Positions 1 through 13,345 of a stretch of DNA of 64,000 nucleotides are shown piece by piece (position 1 is the stretch's first letter; every line of letters starts with the position of its first letter). The stretch lies in the NCBI RefSeq assembly GCF_000143415.4, contig NW_003314270.1:1543048-1607047 (forward strand), written 5' to 3'. Below the pieces are notes generated by a model. It did not search any database, was not told the origin of the DNA, and saw only the letters and a program-made list of their open reading frames with translations. The position numbers and the translations under genes are program-made. Source of the stretch: Selaginella moellendorffii (taxonomy: Eukaryota; Plantae; Lycopodiophyta).

Positions 1-3000
1 ACTGGTTTGGGCACACTGCCAAGCGAGGGATGCCTCGGAGTCGTGATGCACGGTTAGATTGCTTAGTGTGAAAGCTCGGCATATTTAACTTGAACGCTTT
101 GGTGCAAGTGGCACCAAGGACGTGGTGAGTGAGATGGGGACACCTAATCTCAGTTGCTATGGACCCTTGGCCGAAAGGGCTGGCTTGGGCGCACCGCCAA
201 GTGTGGGGGATGCCCCCGGGGTCGTAGTTAACAAGTTAAAGGTCTGGAAGACCTAGTACCTATTGGCAAACCTGTTAAGGTGCCGAGGTGAGATCACTAG
301 GTGATCTTGTGGCTAAATAAGGACAAGGTCCTTGTTTGGGTTAAGGAATAAGATTCCTAGTTCAAAGTGTTGATTTGAACTATTGATTATAGTGTGGCTT
401 GGTCAAGGTGACCAAGTGGGAAAAGCACCTTAGGGAAATGAGCTATGTCATTGCGATGGCATAATGTGTCCAAGGAAAGTAGTCTCTAAAGAGACCCATG
501 AGAGGGTCACAAAAGTGGGCCGAGGATAGAGCCCACAGCAGAAGATGCTAAAAGAGACTTACTAGGGGTGAACACCCTAGTCTTGGCAAAGCAGAGCCTT
601 TGCTATGGAATCAAAAGAATACCTCAAGGAGGGAGGTAGAGATTCGATGTTGCTTGGTGCAACAATCAACAGATAGGAGCAAAAGATGAGTGGCCAAGAT
701 AGGGCCGTGGAATCCCTTGGAAGGAATCCAAGTGACAAAGTTAGGCGAGGAACACTAATGTGTTGGACGCTAACAAATTGCGGGAAAGGAAGTGTGTTTC
801 CAAGAATGGATTCCGAATTGCTCCGATTTGGCAAAAGTGGAAGCTCCAAGGGAGGGAGCGGTAAGGTAGCCAAATGATAGGGCGATGGACAACCCTAGCA
901 CAAGGTGTGATAAATGGAACTTAGTGCCCAAGGTGGCACGAAATAGAAGAGAGGATGATAGTGCCCTCAAGTAATGAACTTCCTAGGATAGGGAAGTGGA
1001 GTTGCACAATTTGTGCAATGCAAGGTGTTGGAGACACCTAGGAAATTGACTTCCAAAAGTCAAAAGAGTAAAAGTTCCAAGGTGCAAACATTCAATAGAT
1101 GGAAATTGAGACTACTCGAGAAGGAGTAGTGGGATTGACTTAGAGAAGGGTCTCTAAGAGGTTTAGCAAGAATTAAACCAATAAAAGAAGAGAACCACTA
1201 CATGTGGTCCAATAAGTCTCTAAGTTGGAGAGACTACCCTCCTTAGAGGATAGGCAAGGCATGGTGAGCCTTTGGTGTCAAACCATTGAGGCATATGCAA
1301 AAGGCATGGTGAGCCTTCAATGTCAAACCATTGACAAATATTGGCTAGGTGCCAAGGATGGAAATGGTAACACATGCGAGGGTTACTTTACAAAATGGTT
1401 TACCGTTCGATGAGGACATCGAACTTCGTCTATGGGTGGTGGAGTTGTGAGACACAAAATCCCTAGGCCCCAAAGTGGAGCCAGAAAGGGTGCCACGTGG
1501 TAGTGGCTGAAGTGAGAGCCAAACGAGCGTAACACGTTTGGACCAAAAGCTCCGACTTGAAAAGTCAAGAGCGGGAGTGGAACTCCCAACAAAGTGCTCG
1601 AGGAACGAGCACGAAGCGAGCAAAAAGCGAGGCTCCAAAAAGGGACCCAAAAGGACCAACACATGACACGTGGAAGTGTCCGAGATGGACCCGAGTTGGA
1701 GTCCGAAGTGGAGTCCGAGATGGACCCGAGTTGGAGTCCGAAGTGGAGTCCGAGGTGGACCCGAGATGGACCCGAAACGGAGTCCGAGATGGACACAAGA
1801 TGGACCCGAAATGGAGTCCGAGATGGAGTCCGAGATGGAGTCCGAGGTGGACCCGAGATGGAACCGAAATGGAGTCCGAGATGGAGTCTGAGATGGACCC
1901 GAAATGGAGTCCGAGATGGAGTCCGAGATGGACCCGAGATGGAGTCCGAGATGGACCCGAAATGGAGTCCGAGATGGACCCAAGATGGAGTCCGAGATGG
2001 ACCCGAGATGGAGTCCGAGATGGAGTCCGAGATGGAGTCCGAGATGGAGTCCGAAGTCGAGACCGAGACCGGGACCGAGACCGAGACCGAGATCGGGACC
2101 GAGAACGAGACCTAGGCCGAGGCCGAGACCGAGCCCGAGCCCGAGTCCGAGTCTGAGTCCGAGTCCGAGTCCGAGTCCGAGTTCGAGTCTGAGAGGGTGA
2201 AAGCCCAAAGCGTTCATCTCCCAGACCCTGGGGGGTTTGGTGAGCTCCAAAAGTATAGTAGGGGGAGGACTGCAGTGGAGCTAGTTTGGCCAGGAAAGGC
2301 CAGTTTGGCCCAGGAAGGCCAGACCCAGTGTTGGGTGATGAGCTGTCCACTGGGAAGTCCAAGACTAGAGTGAACACAGACCGACAAGCGGGGTAGCTTG
2401 GTGAAGTGTTCAAGAGCCGGCTCTAGTTCCCCCGGGAGATCGACTGGCCGATGCTCCCAGTCCAAGTGTGGGTGGCACTACCTACTTGGATACCTGGTGT
2501 GGCTCAACGGAACCCACTCTAAGCCCCTGGCTAGAGCACCCAAGGGCAGAAGGCGAGGAGAGTACCCAGGTGGCTCGCGTAAGGCCACAGTGTTCCGAAA
2601 TGTTGTCCCAAAGGCCCAGACTGTGGAAAGGAAGAGGAGCAGTCCTCTGGGGTAGTGACCAAGGACACAGTCGTGTGGTGAGGAAGTCCCAGAGGACCGT
2701 GGGACTTAGTGGTCGGGCCTGTGAGTCTCGATCCAGTGGCAGTGTTGGCAAACACGGCCAGGGGCAGAAAGGGACTTAGTGGGGACTGATAGAGGGATAT
2801 TGGGGAAGGCTATTCCCCTTGTCGGTGGGCATCCTAAGGATGCTAAGGAGTGGATCTGAGATGACCACTCACGGATGGTTTGCCTAGTCTTGGAGAGCCA
2901 AGATGGTGATGCAAGTGGTATTGGACTACCAGTGTGGCAAAGGTGATCGGGCATGGCCTTAGCGTAACGGGCTGCTATGTCAGTGGTACCTTTGAGTGTC

Positions 3001-3187
3001 GGTCATGGGATCGGACACGTGGAGCACTTGGACCAAGTGCAAATGTTGAGTGGCATGGATGCCATTCTCGGGGCTAGCAAGTCCCAAGTCCTGGATTGGA
3101 CTTATGGAGGTTGCAAATGAGACTCCTCCAAGTGGTCAGAGGTGTGGTTAAGTGACTAAAGTAGAATGGAAAATTTAGTCGCTTACA
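1..3187 (+). mobile_element. 3' end of an LTR retrotransposon (family A): degenerate internal region, PPT and 3' LTR 1446-3187
   Basis: LTR runs TGTGAG...CTTACA (1446-3187), is preceded by purine-rich GGGTGGTGGAG and is nearly identical to the solo LTR at 7704-9793. Sequence after 3187 resumes inside a family-B LTR. Confidence 0.8.
1676..2192 (+). repeat. LTR-internal tandem array of 12-bp (GATGGAGTCCGA/GATGGACCCGA) and 6-bp (GAGTCC/GAGACC) units
   Basis: Directly visible; it generates the spurious MESE/SPRW/RD-repeat ORFs. Confidence 0.95.
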
Positions 3188-6100
3188 GTTCCTCAAGGGG
3201 GGGGGGGGGGCTATGGGGGGTTCCAAATGTATAGTAGGGATAGTGGGTAGGTCGGGCATGGCCGACCAACCTGAGGCATAGTCTAGCTTCCGCTTGCGTG
3301 CCTGTCCTTGTTCTGCGTCCGGCTTGGGTCTAAGCCCAAGTTCCATTCCATGCTAGCTGGTGGAATACCCATACTCTCACGTTAGGCCACCGGTATGCCG
3401 AAATAGCGCCAAACTCCGTTTGGCTCCGTTTTGAGTGCTAGTCCTGGCATTGGGATGCTGGTTGCTCTAGGACTGTTCCAAGTCGCTCCGGGCTCCTGTC
3501 CTTCGCTCCTTGGGCAATATGCTCGGGAGTTGCTCCGTGGTCCGGTTCCATCACTCCTTGGCGTCACGCTTGGGAGTTTGGCACCGTTCCTTTGTTCAGT
3601 GGCCCAAGGCCCTGAACCTCGGGTTCCTGTGAACACGTGGCATGGACATGTGGCACAAAGAGGGTTTAGGTTCCGCTTCGTGGTGTTATCCTATGGTAAA
3701 TCACCATAGGATAAAGGGTCAAAACCATGTGCGCTACATTTGGTATCAGAGGATGAGTCTCAGCGAGTACTATTCAATGAGATTGGGCAACTAGTCTTGT
3801 TACATACGTAGAGATGAAAACGATGATCCGAGTGGGTACACGTTTGGGTGCAAAGACTTCGCAATCGTTCCTTGGGTATGGATTTGGTTACCTTCTTGTA
3901 CCGTAATTATGTGAGCTTGCTCTTGGGCTCATAAGATGGATTTGAGTTGTTCCAGTAGCACGAGTTTGCGCTTGGGCTCGTGAGTGAGGCACATTAGCAA
4001 CTCAAGGTTGCACTTTGAGTTGGCAGGATTAATGTTAGCCTATTAGTGGTTCCGTGAGTTATTCCTTGTACCATGGGTGAAAGCAAACCTACCTAGGTTT
4101 GTTATGAGTGGCAAATAGGCTGGTCCGTAGCTGTTTAGCACGGCACTAGTGGATCCTTCCTAGGCATGATTATAAGTGGATCAATTAAGACTGTAGGGAA
4201 TAGTCTATTGGTTCAAGTAATCATTGCCGTGCTCTCTCATAAACTTTTCTTCGATTGAACTGAAGGCAGTGCGAAAGCAAGCTTAAGGTTTAGTCAAAGA
4301 TGAGACCGAAAAGAGAGTTGTCAGGGATGAAGGATCAAACACGTAAATCATTTTCTCTTCTTGGAGAGATGATTTGCAACGAAGTGTTAACTCATTACTC
4401 GTGTTCACATCATGCAATCAAGAGTCCCTATCTTGATGCATGTTGGAGATGGTGGTCTTACAATGGTGAGTTGTGGGATGGATAGCGGTGAAGTGCTAAA
4501 CCATTTTGTCTAAGCTTGCTATTGGAAGACTTGGGTTGCAATGCTCAATTCTTTTTCGAGGAACCTTGCTATTGCTCCTTGAGTAGCTTGGTGTTGGATT
4601 AGTTTTGAGTTTGGTTGGAAAGAGAGTGGCATAAGCTTGTCCATGTTGTGAACAAAAGTTAGTGGTGTTGGGTGTTGTAAATCTCTATTGATAGGGTGTG
4701 GCATTTATGTTGCATTTTGTCGAATTGAGTTAGCACTTGATATTCACATAAACCTTTGTAGTAGTGACATGGGCATTTCTCATAGTGTTGCTTGATTGAT
4801 GATCAAGTCATTGTGATTTATATCATATTCATGTGATAATAAGCAATGTGTTTACGAAGTTGCTTGGGTAAATGATGATCAACCCCAAAGTGGTTGATGG
4901 AGAAGCTAGTCTACTTGCATGTAGTAGCATTGTAGTAGCTTTGACTGGATTCTTTATAAAGCTCTATTTCGTTAAAGTGGGATTTATTCAGTAAAATGGG
5001 ACTAGGTACAAATTTTCAAGTATTTGAAAATGACGTGAAATTATATGTTTTTTGTCCAGGGGCTAGACATATCTGGGGCATGGTGACTAGCGCGGTGACT
5101 TTGTGTCCAGACTGAGTCCATCTGGTTGTATAATAAATCTCATTGTCAAGGTGAACAAGCCGAATCTGAAGCTAAAGAAGAGTGATGGCATGCGCGCACA
5201 CACTATTTGTTTGTTCATTGAGCGTGTGGTGAGCTTTCCAAGATGAACGTCATTCCTATTAGCCAGACATATAACTTAATGGTGAGAACATTTAGATATT
5301 ATTCAATGTTATCTTTTTCTAACAAATCTAATTGTGAAGGTGTAGCAAGAGGCATTGCTAGTCTGGAGAAGTCATTTAACTCATTTGACCCTTAGTGTAT
5401 TTTCATGAAACTAAATAACATTCATATTATTAAGGAATTTCTCTAGTACCTTTTTTTTACGACATAGAGGCTTGCATTTCTTTCAAAGGTGATTTAGTAA
5501 AAGGCCTGAGGGCACATGCCATTCTATTTCTCAGACCGGTATTAAGATATACTAGTGCAAAGGGCCACATGCCATCACGCCTCCTCTGATTCAGATTCGG
5601 ATTGTTCACCTTGAAATAAAATACATTAGAAACTTAGTAAAGGAATATTAATGAATCTCACCTTGAACCCGGGTTATGAATGCTCTTGCTGCATCTCTTG
5701 CATGGTCTGGCAAGGTGATGGTGGCACTCTGCTTCCGCATCCAACCATGCACAACATTATCCACCGATATGCTCATGCTGGGATCCCTTGGATTCAGCAC
5801 CCATCTCTTTTCTAGGCAATCCTTCGTATATTCGGAACTTGGCTTGAACCACTCCACAGTTACATTGAAGGAGTTAGTTTCCGCGTCCTCCTCTGCATCA
5901 GTGATGCAGCACCCCACCCATATCATTTGTTTTTTATTACTGGGTCTGACAAGCACGACCATTCCTTTGCAGACCTGTACTAGATTGAATGCTGAATCCG
6001 GCTTCTTGTTCCTCGGCCCACAATAGTGATCCTCAACATCGTTATCTATCACTGCATTTCCAGAGGACATTGTTCCGCTACTATCTGGTGCTCTGGGTTC

Positions 6101-7703
6101 TGGCCAAAAGGACTCTTCCAATTCTTCATATACAACCGGCCCATTTTGGATAGCAGATATAATCTTCTCCCAGTATTCGAGCAAAGGCTTGCACCTCTTA
6201 AAATAGGATTCTCCACCAAACACCAACCCCCTCTTCCAGAAGGCAATATGCTGTCTAATCCCGGCCACTATACTTTCCTGGTCTTTGAGTCCATCCGGGT
6301 GCATCGGCCGTGGGGAACCCTGAGGAATCATAGGTTCCCCAGTTATGGGATCTCTCTTGAAGAGTTCAATGCCATCCACTGGCAGCCACACTGTGTCCCA
6401 TTCTCTCATCTTGTACCTCATCACTGGAGCACCGTCACGCATGCTGAAATGAAACTGAAGAGGCTTGGAGTGGCCAATCAGCGTTTCGGATCCGTCCCTA
6501 ATGTAGCCTCTTACAAACCCCTTAAAGTCTGGAACCTCTGTCACAAGTGCAGCTTCAACAGTGCCTTTGATGCAATTTTGGAATTCATTGTAGAGTTGTG
6601 GGAGGGTGAGGACATTGGATCGTCGGAGGGACTCTGCCAGGTGACTGAACATGGCATCGACGTCTTCATGAGTGTGCCCAACCATGAGAAAGCCAAGTGT
6701 AACCGTTTCAAATATGCCTTTGGCAACAAGCATCGCCAAGTACGCGAAGACGTACATGTTTTTGTTCTCACTGCCAGCATTGTCTGTTTGGAGCAGAAGA
6801 TGGGGTGGAAGGCCACATTGGCTGCAAGAACTTCCTTGAGATTCTGCTTCGTTTGGATGAGGCTGTGCATTCACCGGGCAACTAGCCTCGTCGGAATGGC
6901 ATGAGGCCTCACGTGATAACCCTACAATCTGACGGCCAACATATTCACTGGGATGGCATGGGGCCCCACGCGATACTGCAAGCCTTTGCTCCTCCTCCAG
7001 CTGAACCCTGTATGGGGTTCGATCGACAAGGGCCTTATGCAAGGGTTGGCCGTTCAGCTCAGTCTGCGCATTTTGCAGAGACCTTAAGTGTTTTGCTAGG
7101 GACGCAATCATCATGTTTGCACCCCCGCCACCCCATAGAGGTACAAAGAAGTTCCCATAGTTCTGGGCACCATGCCCATGAGCGATTATGCCAAACAAAG
7201 ACACAGGCAGCTGCATGGATGAAGAGATTGCCTTGGGGGCAGGATTGAGTCGAGGTAAGCACGTCTTTTTCTGGTCCATTTTGTCGTGGATGATGCAGAG
7301 GTAAGAGTCAGGTCTCTCCATGGAGAGAATCCTGTTATGATAATATGCAGTCCTGCAGCTTCTCTGCTTGATGTTGTGGTCGAGCCGCCTTCTAACCAAC
7401 GTCTCTCGCTCTTGAGCGCTGCAAGAATTCTTCGACAAAGCCATTTTGATAGCAGTGCACTCGTCACACTTTGAAAAGCTGGAGTACTTTCCTATACTCA
7501 CATCCCTGAACCTGTTGCTCCACAATCTACTAAATCTAGATTGGCTCAGCTTCCTGTAGCCATTACTCTGGAGTTCCCGATTCACATCTTCCAATATGGC
7601 CCCTTTGGTATACATGGAAGGGAGAACTCGTTGGGTGTCTCGTGTTCCATCTTCCAAGAGGCGGGTTTTATATGGTTGCTGCTCGCTACATGTGTCGACA
7701 AAC

Positions 7704-9793
7704 TGTGACACACAAAATCCCTAGGCCCCAAAGTGGAGCTGGAAGGGCGCCACATGGTAGTGGCCGAAGCGAGAGCCAAACGAGCGTAACACGTTTGGAC
7801 CAAAAGCTCCGACTTGAAAAGTCAAGAGCGGGAGTGGAACTCCCAACGAAGTGCTCGAGGAACGAGCACGAAGCGAGCAAAAGGCGAGGCTCCAAAAAGG
7901 GACCCAAAAGGACCAACACATGACACGTGGGAGTGTCCGAGATGGACTCGACTTGGAGTCCAAAGTGGAGTCCGAGATGGACTCGAGTTGGAGTCCGAAG
8001 TGGAGTCCGAGATGGACCTGAGTGGGAGTCCGAAGTGGAGTCCGAGATGGAGTCCGAGGTGGAGTCCGAGATGGAGTCCGAGTTGGAGTTCGAGGTGGAC
8101 CCGAGATGGACCCGAGTTGGAGTCCGAGATGGAGTCCGAGATGGAGTCCGAGATGGAGTCCGAGATGGAGTCCGAGATGGAGTCCGAAGTCGAGACCGAG
8201 ACCGGGACCGAGACCGGGACCGAGACCGAGACTGTTAGGATCCTATCCCTTACACCCTAAACCAACTGGCTAAAGGGGTGATCACTTGATTGTAGGGCCC
8301 TTTCCTTATCCTATTATCCTGACCTAGTGCCTAACAATCCTCCCCCTCGTCAGGGAATGATCGTCCTCGATCATACTTAGGCAACCATCCGGTCACCATG
8401 GTCCTTCTCTTAGGGTCTACCAAACCTTGGTTCTCCCTCTAGATCCACCATGTTGAATATTCCTTCAGAATATTCCTGCCCCACTCGTCAGCCACGAGAA
8501 TCGAACTGGGCTCCGATACCAATGTTAGGATCCTATCCCTTACACCCTAAGCCAACTGGCTAAAGGGGTGATCACTTGATTGTAGGGCCCTTTCCTTATC
8601 CTATTATCCTGACCTGGTGCCTAACAGAGACCGAGATCGGGACCGAGACCGAGACCGAGGCCGAGGCCGAGACCGAGCCCGAGCCCGAGTCCGAGTCCGA
8701 ATCCGAGTCCGAGTCCGAGTCCGAGTCCGAGTCCGAGTCCGAGTCCGAGTCCGGAGCCTGAGAGGGTGAAAGCCCAAAGCGTTCGTCTCCCAGACCCTGG
8801 GGGGTTTGGTGAGCCCCAAAAGTATAGTAGGGGGAGGACTGCAGTGGAGCCAGTTTGGCCAGGAAAGGCCAGTTTGGCCAGGAAAGGCCAGTTTGGCCAG
8901 GAAAGGCCAGTTTGGCCCAGAAAGGCCGGACCCAGTGTTGGATGATGAGCTGCCCACTGGGAAGTCCAAGACTAGAGTGATCACGGACCGACAAGCGGGG
9001 TAGCTTGGTGAAGTGTTCAAGAGCCGGCTCTAGTTCCCCCGGGAGATCGACTGGCCGATGCTCCCAGTCCAAGTGTGGGTGGCACTACCTACTTGGATAC
9101 CTGGTGTGGCTCAACGGAACCCGCTCTAAGCCCATGGCTAGAGCACCCAAGGGCAGAAGGCGAGGAGAGTACCCAGGTGGCTCGCGTAAGGCCACGGTGT
9201 TCCGAAATGTTGTCCCAAAGACCCAGACTGTGGAAAGGAAGAGGAGCAGTCCTCTGGGGTAGTGACCAAGGACATAGTTGTGTGGTGAGGAAGTCCCAGA
9301 GGACTGTGGGACTTAATGGTCGGGCCTGTGGGTCTCGATCCAGTGGCTGTGTTGGCAAACACGACCAGGGGCAGAAAGGGACTTAGTGGGGACTGACAGA
9401 GGGATATTGGGGAAGGCTATCCCCTTGTCGGTGGGCATCCTAAGGATGCTAAGGAGTGGATCTGAGATGACCACTCATGGATGGTTTGCCTAGTCTTGGA
9501 GAGCCAAGACTGTGATGCAAGTGGTATTGGACTACCAGTGTGGCAAAGCTGATTGGGCATGGCCTTAGCGTAACGGGCTGCTATGTCGGTGGTACCTTTG
9601 AGTGTCGGTCATGGGATTGGACACGTGGAGCACTTGGACCAAGTGCAAATGTTGAGTGGCATGGATGCCATTCTCGGGGCTAGCAAGTCCCAAGTCCTGG
9701 ATTGGACTTATGGAGGTTGTGAATGAGACTCCTCCAAGTGGTCAGAGGTGTGGTTAAGTGACTAAAGTAGAATGGAAAATTTAGTCACTTACA
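7704..9793 (+). mobile_element. Solo LTR of family A inserted in the transposase gene
   Basis: TG...CA termini and 5-bp TSD CAAAC (7699-7703, 9794-9798). The empty site is visible in copy 2 (~34824). Confidence 0.95.
8233..8626 (-). mobile_element. TRIM (terminal-repeat retrotransposon in miniature), 394 bp
   Basis: Two 104-bp TG...CA terminal repeats (8233-8336, 8523-8626; 2 mismatches), TSD GAGAC, iMet-type PBS TGGTATCGGAGC and PPT GAGGGGGAGGA on the minus strand. No ORF. Confidence 0.95.
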
Positions 9794-12085
9794 CAAACCT
9801 CTTGAAGATTGCCTCTCCATATACAACATGACCCCTGGTTTTGTGCGTACCGTCGTTCCCATGGACTGCCTGTTGAACCCTTTGTTCCTCGAACTCAGTT
9901 TTGATTCTGTAGAATGTGCTTCGAGGGACTCCATAAATGATTCTCCATGCCTTCACCCCTCTGGAAGACCATGCCCCCCACCTGATGTTCTGAAGCATCA
10001 ACAGATGACCGTAATGCCTCATACACAAAATTGCGAGTTACCTTCCAGGGCAATGTCTTGTATCTTGCTCTCTCCTCTTCAATAGCATCCCAATCAGCAT
10101 GTTGACAGCACCTCCTCTTGCAACAAGCAACTGTCGAGACCATTCGAACCTCCATCGCCATTTTCTGCCTTTTCGGTTCGTTGCTCAGATCCCTTTGGCT
10201 GCGCTGTAGGAAGGTGTACTTTCTTTTCCCATGAAGAGATGTTCTGTCATCAATTGTAGTGGTGTTTGATTGTGAATCCTTCACATTCTCAAACACTAAA
10301 TGCCTCAATTTCCACCGCACAATGCTTCCAATAGTCAGACTGTTTTCTTCTGTGTCAACAACCTCTAAAATTGCAACTCCAATATCATCCCAGCCCAATT
10401 CTTGATTAGCAACCACATCTCTTGGATCGACAACGGTGGCTAAGCCCTCAGCTACCACCTCCCCCTCGGGGTTGTTTAGAAACACCTTTGCCTGAATCCA
10501 TGTAGCACGGTTCTTAAGATCCACGGAGGGAACATGCGTCGCACTTGCGCTGTCCCCAACATCTGCTTTCTTCTGCAGATTTTTCAAGGCAACAACAACA
10601 TTTACCCCGACGACCATCTCTCCTCGTTCAATAGCGACCACATTCCCATCGAAGACAGTCTCTACTGATACAGCAGCATTGCCTTCCCCAAGCCTTTGAC
10701 AGTGTATAACAAAGTTCCGATCCATAGACACAAGGGTCCCTTTTGCAACTCTCTTCCCACCATTCAAAATGTAAACCTTTTCCCCAACCCTAAAGGCCAT
10801 TCTGAAAGTGCAGAAAAGAAGTTAAGATCATACAAAAAATGATTGGAGAATGGCCTAAATCATAACATACCAAATAACATGAGGCCACATGCCATTATTC
10901 AAACATGCTATTGACACCCACGTGAAATTTTGCATTCACAAAATTGGCATGAGCCCTCATGCCATTAGTGGTACCACTAATGGCATGAGGCCTCACGCTA
11001 TCTTTGGCCCCTGCTAGCCATGAAATTGCAAGGGCCCAAGATGGCATGTGGCCTCATGCCATTTCTAAATGTGGTCCTAAACCATTCCATGGTGAACATA
11101 CCAGGAAGCACAAGTGCCGAATATCAAGAGGAAGCGGTAGCCACACCAAAGACAGTGCCGCTCGCAACACCGCAACTACTCGTAGTGCCGCTCGCAACAC
11201 CGCAACTGCTCGTAGCGCCGCTCGCACAAACTGCCACTCACATAAACTGCCGCTCGCAATGGCGCTCGCAATGCCGCAACCGCTTGTAGACGCATAAACC
11301 ACAGCTCACAACGCCGCTTACACAAGCAGCGCTCACTGCGCTCAGCGGAACCAAGAACACGGCGCACAAAAATGATAGACCTAGGAATGAGTTCGAGAAT
11401 TCAAAAATAACACACGCTTGAACGTCACATCAAATCCTCTGACAAACCAGATCTTATGATTCCTCTGACAAATTTCAAACTGAGTAGCTTCTAGACTTTG
11501 CTGTCGGAGGTTGAACTTTGTCACATCATGTCCTTGCCTCGATCCAGCTGTGCCATGTCAGTGATTCGAACTTTGCCATGCCATGTCAGCGATCCGCGCC
11601 AAGATTATTCGCCGTGTAAAGGAATAATTATGTTGTGTGTGTACGTCCATTTATGGCAATATAAGGCCACACGCCATTCAAAGAATAATGCTAGTCGAGC
11701 ATTTTTTGGTGCATTTTTGGGTTCAAAATTGCATGAGCCCACACACTATAAAGTTTACCTGTACCAAAAATAGAAACAGCTTTATTTACTTGGGAATTTA
11801 AGTGGTTGAGGCATTTTTAAACTTACAAACACATGCCCTACTTACATTCATTTGGTTGCTTAAAATTCAAAAATATTATAAACCTTTCTTTTTGCATTTT
11901 CAATGTTTTCAATTATGGTTTTTGATTTTCGCAGGACCAGCCTAGTAATCTATTTGCATCCCGTCATGTTTATAGCTAGCTTTCGTTTGTCCCCTTCGCT
12001 GGCCTGAGATACATCTGCTCAGAATCTGCCTCTTACAGCATTTGCCCAGAAAGGGCATCTTTCTTCACGCAGCATTTGCCACATA

Positions 12086-12117
12086 TTTAGGGTTAGGGTT
12101 TAGGGTTTAGGGTTTAG
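12086..12117 (+). repeat. Interstitial plant telomeric repeat (TTTAGGG)~4.5 in transposon copy 1
   Basis: TTTAGGGTTAGGGTTTAGGGTTTAGGGTTTAG; the same tract is in copy 2. Confidence 0.9.
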
Positions 12118-13345
12118 CAATTCAATAGCTTGATAAACATGCAAATACAGAACTTGATGCAAAATCCTTTGATATGTCACAATGCCCCTAGGACCATAAA
12201 CACATTTCAATAGAGAGGGTCCTTTCATTTCATAACTCCTTACGTAGATCTTGGTGAAACCAGAGTTAGTGAAGTTGGTTTCTTGTGATCTTGCATCTGA
12301 TTGTGATGTCCCTTTGCAGTGTCGATGGAAAGGTCAATGCACACCAAACTGTAGAATCTTGGAGCAAAATAACGGTCGGATCTATGGCAAATGCCCCTGA
12401 AACATTGTAAGGCTCGTGTGGTCTCATGTGGTGTCCGATCGAGATGCTTCTTTGCAGGGTCATCAAGAAGGACATTGTATACCATTCTGTAAAATCTAGT
12501 TGCGATCTAACGGTTGGATCTCCAGGAAACTCAAAACAATCTCGCGCGTGTCAGAATATTCTAGGAATATACTCTTATGTGCTCCTGAAAATGGCATGCG
12601 GCCCCACGCCATTCAAGAGATAATGCTAGATGACGCCGAGCATTTTTTGGTGCATTTTTTGGGATCAAAATTGCATGAGCCCACACGCTTGAACGTCACA
12701 TCAAATCCTCTGACAATTTATTTAGCTGAACATCTGGCATTTTTGGAAATACAAGATGCTTTGGAATATCCAATCATGCATGGTATAAATATAGTGAGGG
12801 TATTAAATGATATCCCAATCATGATCTTTCTTTTGGATTTCACGTGCATGCAGTCCGAGGAATGATGACGTTGCGGATTTCTTTTGGATTTCACGCATGC
12901 GCGCGCCGATCCAGAAATTAATGGTGGCACCCAAGTCCGAGGAATGATGACGTGGCGGGATTACCAACCGTCGTGACATTTCGCGCGTGTAAGGTTAGGT
13001 TTTGCATTTTGCTTCGTACTCGCGCTCGCATCGCGCTCCCACTCGCGCTCCCACTTCTCTATAGGTTTCTCGTGTGCATTGGCGTCCACTCACGCTTGCA
13101 TCACACTCGCGCTCGCATCGCGCTCGTGTGCATCGGCGTCCACTTCAAGACACACCTAGTTTGTAACTTCGCCGCCAACTCCGCCGCCCACTCCGCCACC
13201 CACACGCAGCCCACTTGGCGTCCCGGGAGATTTCAGTGCCACTCTCCAACTGTAAGTGGCAGAGTAGCCTTGCTGCTACGATCCGCTACACACACAATGC
13301 ACATTCGCCAGCGAGTCCGGTTGTCACGCCTCCATTCAGCTTCAA

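Larger units (their letters stand above)
5648..10800 (-). pseudogene. Sola-like DDD transposase, copy 1 (disrupted)
   Basis: Motifs CxxC, IIHDKMDQ, QTDNAGSENKN and GHTHEDVDAMFS. Split by the solo LTR at 7704-9793 and frameshifted by an 11-bp deletion near 9955 relative to copy 2. Confidence 0.88.

Noticed and set aside
2188-2212. CTGAGA-GGGTGAAAGCCC-AAAG resembling a hammerhead ribozyme core
   Set aside because: It lacks the invariant CUGANGA and GAAA spacing, and the CTGA part is missing in LTR families B and D.
1345-2413. Long ORFs with LGLGLG, MESE, SPRW and RSRS repeats (also 7814-9072, 45069-45602, 57412-57968)
   Set aside because: They are translations of stop-free hexamer/dodecamer arrays inside LTRs, not genes.
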